A DNA stretch of 64,000 nucleotides, from the NCBI RefSeq assembly GCF_009914755.1, contig NC_060926.1. One strand, written 5' to 3'. A program made the translations under genes and the position numbers. The notes beneath the pieces were generated by a model. That model was not told the origin of the DNA. It did not search any database and worked only from the letters and a program-made list of their open reading frames with translations. Below are positions 13,236 to 26,435 of this stretch, one piece after another; within the stretch, counting starts at the first letter, position 1; each line of letters opens with the position of its first letter. The DNA is from the human T2T-CHM13v2.0 reference genome, Homo sapiens.

Positions 13236-16200
13236 AGATGTCTGATGTGTAGAGAAAGAATTATCCACCACTTCACTTCTACCTTGCTGTACTCTCTCAT
13301 CCAGAATATTGCCCTGAAGAAATGTGGGTCTTCAATGTTGAGAAGGGAATAAATGAATAAACTTGTATGTGTCAACCGTAGGGTTTCTGTGAATACAGAA
13401 ACCCTGCAACCTGAAGAGCAAGGAATGAACGTCTTCCAGCAGGGCGCTGTGTGAGCAAAGAAAGTAGTGAAAATGAAATGGGAGGTTTGGGGGCAGTGAG
13501 CAGCCTACATGAGGGTCACTGGAGATGCCAAAAACACTCACATTATCCGGGACTCAATTGCTTGCAAGTTTCAGAAACACATCTTCTTCTACCACGTGAG
13601 GAAGTGAGGGAACTTGTTGGCTTACATAGCTGAGAAAGATGGTGGTGCATCTGGTGTCAAACACAACTGCATCTTAAAGCTTGAGATCTGCCACTATGGG
13701 GTTTCTCTGTGCCGCCTTCTGTGTTGGTAGCGATTCTAGGTTGCAGTTGACAGAATCTCTTTTAGTTGGGTCAAGCATTAAAAAGTTCGATAACATGCAT
13801 TAAGCAGCTCCCAGGATTTCAGAATGGAACTTATATGCTGCTAAGCCAAGAACAGAGGGGGTAGTGCAAACATCCATCCATACCACAAGACTGTTCTAGG
13901 GCACAAGCACCTGTAGCTGTTGGTCACTCAGCACCATGGCACTGGAACAGGTGGCCAGGACACTGCCATAGCTGCCCAGAAGAGCAGATGCCTTTGCCAT
14001 GCCTTCCTCCTCCCCAAGGCCACAATTCCAAGGGAAGGCTCTGACCAGCCCACCCCTTGAGTCCAGCACCCATGGCAAGAGGAACAGGTTGCTAGGATAG
14101 GATGGAACTAGGACACAGTTCCCCAGAAATGGAGAGACGAAGTGCCCGGGGAAGATCTGCTGCTGACATCAGAAGAGGTGGAAAGGTGCCCAGCTGAGGC
14201 AAACTACGGTCTTCCAGTGAGCTTCAGGAAGGTCACTCTGGGAGAAGGAGGGTTACAGGATGAAAGTGTAGGGTGGAGAGGTGAGTCCGGTTATGAGGTC
14301 ACTGCAGAAATCCAGCAGGGAGGACGAGGGGGCAGCCAAGGTTATGCTTGGAGCTAAAAAGGAAAGGGTGGATACAACGGACACATTGGAGAGAAAAATA
14401 AACAGCCCCTTGTGCCGGTGAGCCTGGTGTCACTGGAGGGGAGAAAACGCAAACTGTCCCTGGGCACGCTTATCAAAGATGCTTCTTCTGGCAGGAAGAA
14501 ATTGACTAAGTAAGGGTTAATTGTCCCCTTTTGGCCTGACAGCCAGAACCCTCTTTTCTCAATGTTATCCTTCTCTGTATGTGCCCTTGCTGTGATGGAG
14601 GGGAAGAAAACATTTGTCAACTTAAGCAGAGGAGAGCATAGTTATGATTTGAAATCTTTTTAAAGTTCCTTCCCAGGGAGGCCTCACTGAACTAGAAAGC
14701 AGGTGGCCCTACTGGCAGTTTGACTAAAATGCTGGGGCAGGCAAGTTCCTATAACAGTGTCAGGGGCCTCCCTCAGGCACCTGCAGGCTGGTCTTTCATG
14801 TCGGCCAGTGGGAGGGTCACCTGGCCATGTAATTCATGGGGCCCCACAGGGAAAGGATGCGTCCACCCAGAGCCCACTGCTGAAATTGAACCCCACTATA
14901 GGCCTGACCAGGAGTCCCGGGTGCAGAGCCTTAGCTGCGGCCTCATGAAGTGAGCCTGGGGCTGGGATCTGCCCTCTAGCTCACCTGGCCAAGGTTCTCC
15001 CTCTCCCTGCATGAGGCAGGGCGCTCACCTGGTCAGCTGGGCCATGCTGGGCTTCGGCCAGCTCCTGCCTGCACTCACTCCCTGCCCCACCCCTCTGCAT
15101 CTCGGCCTTGTCTCCCAGGGCAGTGTCTGCCTCAGTTTCCTCATCCTCCCTCTCCTGGTGACCTGGAGCCAGGCATCAAGAGCCCCAGGTGCTCTTTGGA
15201 GGCCTGATGCTCCCCTTGCTAGGTGTGTGATCTTGGACAAGCAACTGCACCCCCAGGAGACCTTGCTCACTCATCTATAAATATCAGCACATGCCTCCGA
15301 GGGCTGTTGTGCTGCCTGTGGAGTTAACACATGAAAAATCCTTAGACCAGTGCCTGGCACGTCTTAGGTGTTCAATAAGGGGAAAGGTTTATCCCATCCC
15401 TTGCGGGAGCCCTAAAACTCTCCCTTGCTCCAGCCAGCTCCTGCTCTGGGGCCAGCCCCACCCCCAGCCCCTTTGCTACTGAACATCCAGATCATGGACA
15501 GGCCTCCCAAACAGCTTCACTTGCCACCCCACCCATGGCTCCTGCTGCTGTCCTGCCCCCTCCCCTAGATAAGACCCTCCCCACAAAATCAGCACCCAAG
15601 ATGGAGAAGCCAGTCCACGTTCTCCGCTTGAAGCACAGATACGTGAATTTTGTTTCTTCCACCTTCACTAGTCCCATATCAGTTTCTGAGTCCTAGATCC
15701 TTACCTGCCTGAGGTCCCAGCATGTCTCAGCTGCGTGGATGAGTCAGGGTAAAAGTGGCTGTGAGGCCTTGGAGATTTACTTCCTAACCCTGAGCCTCAC
15801 CTTGCTTGGCTACAAAATGAGGGTGGGGTAGCTCACAGGAAGACTGCTTCTCTTCCACATAATGCACACCTAAATACTCCTGAAATGGTGGATGGGGTGG
15901 GGGGCCCTAGCCAAGATCATAGTCAAGTGGGTTTTAAATGAGGACACTTCCAAAGGAGGGCAGACCAGAGAAGAAATTCTTAGTAAAAACGTAGTACAAC
16001 TGAGAAGCAGCCCGAAGCTGCCTGGAGCAGTGGTTGCCAAAAAGAGAGAGAGGGCCTCTGAAAGGGGAGCCTTTGGGTGCTGGGTGCAAATTATGGCTGC
16101 TTCACACAGGGGCAGCAGGGGTACCTCCCCAGCCCCAGCAGCAAGGGAGCAAGCCTGCCACCTTCCCCCAGTGGCACTTTCTTTGGAAGTCATACTTGGG

Positions 16201-19200
16201 TGACTTTCATTCTGACCGCCAGCAAAGACTCCATTTATTCAACAAGGGAAAAATGAGGCGATTTAGAATGTGGAGCCGTCATTCCTAAACCTTACCTGGG
16301 TGTGAGCACTGGAAGTCTGCTCACAGCATCAATTATTTACAGTGTAAGTTATTGTTGTTCGGCAAAACTAACTTAACAGCCTCTATTCTTTTTTAAATGA
16401 AGCACCTCTGGTGACATTGGCAGCTCAGCATTCCTCGGCAAGAAGTCATTTATCCATAATGATAAGAAAACCCATCATTTGCTGCACACCTGCTAGATCC
16501 CACAGAAGCATATTTTGTCTTCAACACTCTTGTCAAACTCTGTAAGGTTGGTGTTAATGGCCCCCATTTCCAGATGAGAAAACTGAGGCTCAGAAAAGTC
16601 AAGCAACTTGCTCTAGAAGACGCTGCTAGTTAGAGGCCATGTAAAGCTTGTTTCCCCCAGGCCGGATGTGATTATGCTGCACTGAGTCTCCCAAATGTGG
16701 CCCAGGCACATCCTAGGGGACTTAAGATCTAAAGTCGGCAAGGCTATTGAGAATCATTTAGAACCACAATTTCCCATGAAAATAAACACCTTGGGAAAGA
16801 CACAGACAGACACATAGCACTTTCCTGGAAGCCTGATCTGTCCATTTTTCTTTCAGCACTCGTCTTTGGCTGAGTGCCATATCAGTAATTAGCATGTGTT
16901 TAGGGGCTCATTGTACAAAGAATATAAGTCTCTGAACCCTAGAATCTGCATCAGCAAAGGGAGATGCTAGCGCTGGGGAGGCGTGCAGGAGCCAGGACCT
17001 AGGGAGCAGCCAGCACACACCTCCCAACTCACCCTCACTCTGGGCTGGTGTGAGGGGAGGTCCATGGGCAGAATCGCCATACTATATATAGCCAATCTCC
17101 CTTTGTACTTATTGATTGATTGGTTGACTGATTGCTGGAGACATATAGTTAACTTTGCACATTAAACACACCTAATTATGATGCAACTTCACTGTACAGG
17201 CACTTCAAGCCCCAGTCCAGCCCCTCCCACCCTCACCAATCCCTTAAACATCCCTGAGGGAAACATACTAGCAGGGCTTCGATTGGAGGAGACAAATTAA
17301 TTATAGTGTGATAGTGCCAGGATGAAATGGGCAGGCTGTTTTTCCTGTTTCTTCCTTTCAGACCATGCATCCCTCCCTGTGCCTGAGAGTTTAACAAAGG
17401 AACGGGGCTTGCACTGCAGTTCATAGCAGGAAATGTGTCAGGGGAGAGCAGAAGGCAGGAGAAGACCAACATTGAAGGAGAGGTTTTAAAACACATAATG
17501 ATTTCATGTCAAAACACAATTTCCTAGTGTCAGTGCACTGTTCTGCAAGCACGAAGGAAAAGGGAAGTGACTGAAAACTCCTGGAATGAGAACGTGGCTG
17601 TGGATTCTGCAACATTGATTGATGGTCTTGAAAGGAGAGATTGATGGATTATGATTTTCGGGAGGGATCATTAAACGCTGAGTCCATGAACAGAGCTGCC
17701 TGGCATTTGGACATTTTGGTGCAAGAGAAAACCATTTGGATGATCTTAATTCATCTGCCCATTCTCCAAAACCAATCCGTGCAGGCGCAGCAAGTCAGAT
17801 CCAAGGCCATGAGATAGGACACGGTCCAGATTTGGTGCTCAGCGCGAATTTGTCAGATGAATGAGAAAGAACAGCTGGGCCGGGGCTGGCGGTCTCTGGA
17901 TCTGAAAAGCTGTCAGATGCCTGCAATAGATCACTTTCCCTTCCTGTGTCACTCTGGCTAAAGCCATTAGAGAGGAGACGTGGAGTCAGGTGTTCTCACT
18001 CAATGAGGAGTTCGAGACAAGCTAGAGGGGCTGGCAGCCACGAGGGTTGCACCAAGGTCTATTCTGAGCTGGGGAGGGTGGCAGCTTAGAGCTATGGGCA
18101 GGGAGGGGGGCACTGAGTGTAAATCATAAAGGAGGTCTGGTGTGGGTCTCTGGGAGAAGAGGGAAATTGGAAATACATTCCACAGAGGCTAGGAGGATCA
18201 GGAAGAGTTTGGGGAAAGTGGTTGTCAGAGCAGGTCAGCAGAAAGACTGGGAAAGGTGTGAGGGTATTGGAGAACTGCTCCTATGTGGTGCCAGCTGTAT
18301 ACTTCAGAGAATGGTCTCACCACTCACAGCAGCCAGGCAAGAGTTGATGCCCCCTGCCTAGCCTGCCTGCCTGCCTGCCAGCCGCCAAGGCCAGAAGCTG
18401 AACTCCTAATGCTGCCCTGTCTGCTGGGCTTCTAACAGAAGCTGAAATCCTAAGAGACCGCAATATGAAGTGAGCAGAACCCCACTTTGCATGTCTTCTG
18501 GAGCCTCAGCTGTCATATTCCCCTTTCACTAGCTGGCACCATGCACCAGGACCCCACAGTGCATGGAGGCTGAGGCGAGGCCCACCTTCAGGTGGACATG
18601 GCATTCTGCCCCCTCCATTCTCTCTCTCTCAGAGGTCCTTTCTGTGGCCCACCTCTGGGGTCCTCATGGTCCCCCACAAGCCCTGGTGTCCTCACCTGCC
18701 CCTACCATGCTCTTCTTTCCTCACTTAAGTGGAGCTTCGTGCCCCACCTTCACTTATCATAATTGAGCCACTGTCTGACCCATTCCCTCCTGGCCATGCT
18801 TTTCTATGAACAAATATGACTAAATCAATATATATTAAGGCACTCATGCCAGATGGCAGGTGGCAGCATAAACCTTCCCTGGCAACACTACATTTATTTG
18901 AGGCAATGGTGGCATAGATGTCTTGGCAGTAAGGATGGGATGATGGTGGGAATCTCCGGACTCACAATTACCAGGTGGAGAGATTTTCCCGCACCATCAA
19001 GTTACTCAGGCCATGCTTTCCCCATGGACAGGTGAGCTGATAGAGGGAATATCAGGCACAGGATAGGCAAAACAGAAATATGGGACAGGCTTTCTGTCCC
19101 CAAGGGACACTCAGTCTATTAGGCCAACATAAATGGCATTGCCCAGGGCTGGACACTCACTAACCGGGGAATACAACAGCAGCATCAGAGAGAAGCCTGG

Positions 19201-19385
19201 TTTGGCGCTACCTGTGTACCCTACAAGCCGTGTGGTCTAGGCCAGCCTGAGGATTAGAATACTTGATCAGAGGGCTCTAGAGGGCATCAGAAGACACACC
19301 AATCACAGTACTTCATCCATCCTAAAGCACTAACACAGACATGGCCATATTATTCTGTCAAGAGGAGGATGTTGATTTGAAATAG

Positions 19386-20005
<620 letters not shown>

Positions 20006-20009
20006 CTTA

Positions 20010-20202
20010 CAGCACTCTCCAAAAGAACTTCCTGCCAGGATGGAAATGTCCAATACAGTAGGACTAGCCACCTGCAGCTGCTAAGCCCTCGAAAAGCGGT
20101 TAGTGTGGTCTGAGAAAATGAACTTTTAGTTTTATGTCATTTCAATGAATTTGAATGTCAGTAGTCACGTGGGGCTAGTAGCTACCGTATTGCGCAATAC
20201 AG
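20010..20202. mobile_element. MER3-like hAT-Charlie MITE
   Basis: TCCAAAAGAACTTCCTG...GATGGAAATGTCCAATACAGTAG...GTCACGTGGGGCTAGTAGCTACCGTATTG. Confidence 0.7.
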
Positions 20203-23200
20203 GTCAGGAGCTGTGGGATCTGGTTAGATCTGGAGTTCTGTGCCTTGGCTGCATCTTACAATCACCTGGGGGAGATTTTTTAAAGCACAAAAGCAAACTC
20301 CACCTTCAGAGCTCCTCTGTCATTAGTCTGGGCTGGAGTCTGGGCTGAGTAGCCAGGATGGAGCACCACTAGGTTATGAAGAAGACAAAAAAGGATGAGA
20401 GCTGCTACTTATTAAGAATTTGCTGGTGCCAGGGGATCTGCAAGAGGTTCATGTTGTTCCCCCCAACCTGCACAATAACCCAGTGGAGTTGGTATTATTT
20501 TTACATCATCATCCCCATTTTACAGACGACGAGACTGAGACATGCCCGGAGACCCCCAGCTACAGAATGGCAGAGCTGGGATTAGAACTAGGATGTGCAA
20601 AGGCCTTGGAGGCAAAATTCACCCCACACCCACACCCTGGTGTCCAGCGATCAGATGGCTGAGCAGCCTGGGTGGGATAGAGGGCTCAGACCCTGTGACA
20701 GGGACCTCTTGGGGCAGCCTTGAGCGAAGGAGGGTGCTCGCTTCCTGGGGAAGACCCAAACCCTGTCCTTGCCTCACATACACAGCTGGGCTGGGCTGGC
20801 CCAGGACTCCGCGCTTCCCCAAGAAAGCCAGGCAGCAGCGGCTCTGACAACAAAGACACCCACGTGGAGCTGAAACGAAGCACTTCAGACAGCCAGAAGT
20901 GCTGGCAGGCGGGCAGCTGCCCCTCCCGGCGTGTCTTCAGGGAGCTATCATCTCCATGCAGCAGCCTCCGAAGCCACCGTGATGCCTGGCTTTGTCACTT
21001 AGGACATCAAAGGATTCCTTTGAGCTAAAGACACTAGAGGGTCTTTGGAGGATTGGAAGAGCTGGAGGAGCCCCACATGCCTGGAATAGAGATGGCAGTG
21101 ACTGACAGAGCATGACACAGGGCCCTGAGGCTTCCTTCCCAAAGGGGACCAGTGGAGGACACCATTTCTCCAAAGCCCCTGCATGCACCCAGGGGCTCAA
21201 TAATCCTCATTGTCTTTGTGTATGAGTGGCTGGTGCATGGAGGGAGGTGTCCCTGGGTTGGAGGTGGGAAGAAGAATGAATGGGTGAGTGATGGACATTG
21301 GCTGGAGGGGTTAGAGGTCCTCTCTTAACCTTAGCTTGCTTCTCAAACAGGAATCCTTGCATCCGAAAGTTAGATCTTTGGGTCTGTGGGCCCTCAACCT
21401 GTATCTGCTTTAGTAAATGCTGCAAGAGGGGAACTGCTGGAGAACCCCAGCACAGAATTCCTGCTGCATTGGGTGTGTGTCGTCTGCACACCTGCTGAGT
21501 TCCTCTTGGAGCTGGGAAGCCCCGGATGCACAGACATCAGAGAACACAGGAGAAAAGGTGGAGGAAACCTTCTCCAGTGGCTCCAGGCCACTAATGCTGC
21601 CTGTGCACTGGGTGCCTGCTCTGTCCCCACCAATGGCAGTGCTTGGGCTCTGGGGAGCAAAGACTGAGCCACAAGCCCTGCCCTCAGGGGTCCCAAAGTA
21701 GCAGAGAAAGCCAAGTACACAGATGACAGTCGATGCAGGGACTCTGATGAAGCACGTGGGAAGGACAGGGGCGGCAGGGACAGAAGACACCTCTGAGGAG
21801 ACTGCAATGTAGGCAGAGGCTCACCAGAGTGGGGGAGCCAAGAGGGGTGTGAGCAAAGCCTGTAGGAGCTCCACAACCCAGCCCAGGTGGAACTGTTTTC
21901 CAGGTAATTCTAACTTCTATCAGAAGGGAGCCAAGCTGGGAAGGAGCCCATGGATACAAAAATGGCCCTTCATAAGCCACTTCATTTCTCTCTGAGCAAG
22001 GTCCTCCACTCCAAACCAAGTCTACGTTCATGTGGGCAGCTTCGGGGCAGGATTTCTGAGGATATGCGAGCCTTCTGTGGGCATCCATTTCACAGATGAG
22101 CAAATGGATGTCAGGAGACATGGAATGAGTTTCCCCTTTAAGGGACCAGAGCTCAGCTTGAGGCCAGGGCCAGGTGGGGAGTTGTGGAAAATAAAGATGG
22201 AGGAGCGGCTGGTGGCCCTCTCCTGAGGTGCCCTGGGGTAATCTCTGTGGGCTAGCATGTCCCCACTGAGGCTCCTCCAAATGGGGAGGATGGGGAGGCA
22301 GAGGGGAAAGCTCATATCTAGCACATGTAGAAAATTGGCCATAGGTAAGAGGAAGCTGGTCAAGGCGTGTGAGCAGAGGCAGGAGCTGGCGGACACCCTG
22401 CTGCATGTCTCTGCCCAGCCACATGCACCTGTGGGAGCTGGGAGTGTGCTCAGTACCCACATCTCACCTGCCCCCAGCCCCAGCTGAACCCATGAAGGCA
22501 GGAGGTTGTCTAAGGGAGGAGGGAGGAGGCGGCCTCTCAGTGAGGTGGTGACTCGGTGGTTCAACAGCTTTGGTGAGTGACAGCCTTCACACGTGCTGGG
22601 GGTTGGGCAGAGAGGGGCTGCTTTTAACAGTGATGCTTGCTCAGGTGCTGAGAAGCTTTGCTGTCACTACTGAGCTGTGGGTTATGGCTGCCAGTCTCCT
22701 GGCTGGAGGCAGGAAGGGCATTGCTTCCAAGTGCCCAGCCAGGCCCCAGCTCTGCCAGCCCCTCCAATGGGACCTGGGTTGGGGTCCCTCTCTCCCGGCC
22801 TCCCTTTCCTTCTTTGCACAGGATGAGGGTGGGCTGGATGGACTCTGTACTCCTCACCTTTACTGTGGCTCCCCTCCTGGAAAGGAATCTTTTTGGAGGG
22901 TGTGCCTGAGCCAGAGCCTTTACCAACGTTTGTCATCCCATTCAGATCTCACCTGGAGCCCGTGAGGTGGGCATTGCTTTCCCGGCATCTCAAAAAATCT
23001 TGGCTCAGAGAGGGTAAGAGATTCACCTTGGCTACAAAGCCAGACCGCAGCCAAGATTCTAAGTCTGTCTGAAACCACAGTTGAAGCCCTTTCTCCCAGG
23101 AAACACCTCCAGCTAGGCTGGGAACTGAGGGAGGAGAAGGCTAGACCAGTGGCTCTCAAAGTATGGTTTCCAGGCCTTCTGTTTCAGAACTCTGGGGGTG

Positions 23201-23358
23201 AGGCCCAAGAATCTGTGTTTTAGCCAGTCCTCAGGTTGGAGGAGTGCTGAGCTGGACCACATTGTCTTTGAGGAAGGAACTAAAATGAGCATATGAGCAT
23301 GAGAGGGCATATAGGAGACCAGGTTAGACCACTTCAGCTCTTATGGGCAGAATGGGGG

Positions 23359-23786
23359 TGACAAAGACTCACCAGGCCCCATGGAGCACTCTTTTCAGTG
23401 AGGCTTTGTCCTTGGGCACTGTATTTGGCCTGCCTCATCCAATTTTAGCAAGAATCCTGCTAAGTCCATTTGGAGAGACTCCCCCAGCCTCAATACTTGA
23501 CCACCCCCAATATCTGATCAAACTCCCCCACCCACCCTTGATATCTGACCACACTTGCTAAGTTGGGTTGGCGAGAATCCCCCTACCCTTGATGTCTCCT
23601 TTTAGTGATTTTCCAACCCCTGGCCCCTGACTGCTGCTGGGCTGGAAATCCTCATTGTCCTTGCTGTACTCAGAGTTAAGCCCCATTTCTCTCCCCTGTT
23701 GCAGTAGTCTTGACACTTATCAAAATGGTCCCGAATAAAGTCTTTCTTGCATTTTAACAAGTGTCAGAATAATTTTTGCTTTAGCA
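23359..23786 (+). mobile_element. MER31-like ERV1 solo LTR
   Basis: Starts TGACAAAGACTC; TTTTAGCAAGAATCCTGCTAAG; repeated GATATCTGA motifs; AATAAA near 3' end; ends TTAGCA. Confidence 0.75.
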
Positions 23787-24077
23787 GAGGGAAAGGGAGG
23801 AGTCTCATTCTCCCCTCCCCCAGTTCCAAATACGGCATCTCAAACCAAAACGACTCAGAGGATAATTTTACCAAAATCACCCCACAGGGCTCTGCAGGCC
23901 TGGAGTTTGGTTGTTATGAAATGCCCCAACCTACAAAAGCGGATTGGGGTAGCAGCTGGAATTCGTCAGAGGCACACACGGTGAGCACCCTGGGCATGGG
24001 CTTTGACCCTGCCTCCACCCCCAATCCCAGCCCCCACCACCTGCTTCTCATCCCAACTTTGTGACCCAGGTCGCAGG

Positions 24078-24096
24078 CCACGCCCCCTGCTGGCCA
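24078..24096 (-). promoter_or_regulatory. CTCF motif, strong match
   Basis: Minus strand TGGCCAGCAGGGGGCGTGG versus core consensus CCASYAGRKGGCRS; locally CpG-enriched. Confidence 0.7.
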
Positions 24097-24342
24097 GGGC
24101 CGACACACGCCTCCACAGGACAGACTTCCTGGGGTTCCCGAGGCAATTTGCTGTGAGCTTTCGCTAAAAACCGACCTCCCTCAGACTCTAAGCGGGTGGC
24201 CCATCAGCACATGACAACAGGCAAGCTAGGGCTGGAGGTGTGGCCCAAGCCATGGTCCTTCAGGGGAACAGGCAGCCCAGCCAGAGGCCGGACCTACCGC
24301 TTACCGAGCCTGGAAAAGTCCCGCTGAGTCAGTTAGGTCTCA

Positions 24343-24465
24343 TCCAGAGAGAGCAAGAGGAGGCTCCTTTCTTTTTTTCTTTTTCCAGAGAGAGCAAGAG
24401 GAGGCTCCTTTCTTTTTTTCTTTTTCCAGAGAGAGCAAGAGGAGCCTCCTTTCTTTTTTTCTTTT
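24343..24465. repeat. 3 x 41-bp tandem repeat at an Alu insertion junction
   Basis: TCCAGAGAGAGCAAGAGGAGGCTCCTTTCTTTTTTTCTTTT starting at 24343, 24384 and 24425; one substitution in copy 3. Confidence 0.93.
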
Positions 24466-24778
24466 GTTTTTTTCTTTTCTTTTTTTTTTTTTTTTTTGAG
24501 ACGGAGTCTTGCTGTGTCACCCAAACTGGAGTGCAATGGCAAGATCTCAGCTCACTGCAACCTCCGCCTCCCAGATTCAAGCGTTTCTCCTGCCTCGCCT
24601 CCCCAGTAGCTAGGATTACAGACACCTGTCACTACGCCCATCTAATTTTTGTATTTTTTGTAGAGACGGGGTTTAACCATGTTGGCCAGGCTGGTCTGGA
24701 ACTCCTGACCTCAGGCGATCCACCCGCCTCAGCCTCCCAAAGTGCTGGGATTACAGGCCTGAGCCACCGCACCTGGCC
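24466..24778 (-). mobile_element. Alu (AluS type)
   Basis: T-tract followed by antisense dimer ending CACCTGGCC; TSD GAGGCTCCTTTC at 24780-24791. Confidence 0.97.
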
Positions 24779-25988
24779 AGAGGCTCCTTTCAAAGCAGGC
24801 ACTGGTCTTCTCACAGAAGCTCGTTTTCTGCCTAGCCTGGAGCTTTGGAGAGGCCTCCATGATCTTGGACTGTATTTTGTGTTTCCCATTGCAAGTTTTC
24901 TAGCAAATGAACTAGGATTTGGGTCACTTGCCCACCTACCGGGTGAACAACCTTGGTCAAGTCAAGGCTTTCCCAGCCTCAATGATCCCATCTGTACAAT
25001 GGAACTAGTAGTGGTCCTCTTTGTCTCAGAACCTGCTACCATCAGAGTCGATAGGAACCTGGCCCACTCAGTTTTCAGATGAGGAAATGGGTCTAGAGTG
25101 GGAAAGGGACTCGGATACGAGGCAGGGGTGGAGGCAGTGCAGTGAGATGTGAGTCTGCATGAACTCACAAAAGCACCTGACACTTTATGACACCAGAAAG
25201 GTGGGAGGACCAGTCCTGGTCCTCAAGGAGCTCTCCAGCTGCTGCGGAGGGCACTCATGGTCACCTAATCCACCTTGGACATGTGTGCTGAGGACAAAGG
25301 CAGCACAATGGATATTTGGAACCCATGAGCTGGGCAATCTTGGTCAGCTTGGGAGAGGAGGGAACGGGCCAGGGCAAACACCTGACTGGCAGGGCCATGG
25401 CAAAGGCCTCAGCATGTGGCCTGTGCCATTCAGAGAGAGAAAGGTGCAGGCTGCGAGCAGGGAGATGTTTGTTTCCACAGCCTGGACACTGACTCTCTGT
25501 GAAGGAAGCATTTTCTGTGCACAGAGCACTGAAGGCTGCCTCCTGCCCATCCTGTGCCTCGTCCCCAGAACCCTCCATCTTCCCAGAGGCTGCTGGCAGA
25601 GCTCTCAGCAGTGTTTTTTGCTTGCCCAGCACTCTGTAGCAGCTGGGAAACTATCTCTGGCTGCTCATCTTTCCCTTCTTTCTCCAGAGTCCCAAACTCT
25701 GACCCACGTGGCCAGGGCAAGTCAGTCCGGAGCTGTGCTGACTTTAATATCACCCACTCCTCTCCCGAGGAAAGAGCTCCTGTCCCTGGCTGCACATCAG
25801 AATCACTGGGACAGACCTGCAGAGGACAGATGCCCAGACCCACTGAATCAGGCGCTCTGGGGGTTGGGCCCCAGCACCTGTATTTTTAAAGGTCCTTAGG
25901 AGATTCCAATGTAGTCAGGGATGAGAATAGCTGATGTAGAAGCCCAGAATGTCAGGGTCAGAGGGACCCTTAGAAATTATCACATGAG

Positions 25989-26435
<447 letters not shown>

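Noticed and set aside
13928-13950. TCAGCACCATGG as a second RE1 (similar half-site near 35139)
   Set aside because: Left half-site only; no correctly spaced GGACAG right half
24240-25082. 280-aa ORF, and similar ORFs at 6602-7051, 26082-26414 and 56919-57335
   Set aside because: Translations of antisense Alu sequence and T-tracts
21684-25899. 258-aa (21684-22460) and 246-aa (25159-25899) ORFs, also 235 aa at 44123-44830
   Set aside because: No recognisable domain or exon structure; they overlap MIR/MER5 or simple repeats, and such lengths occur by chance in GC-rich DNA
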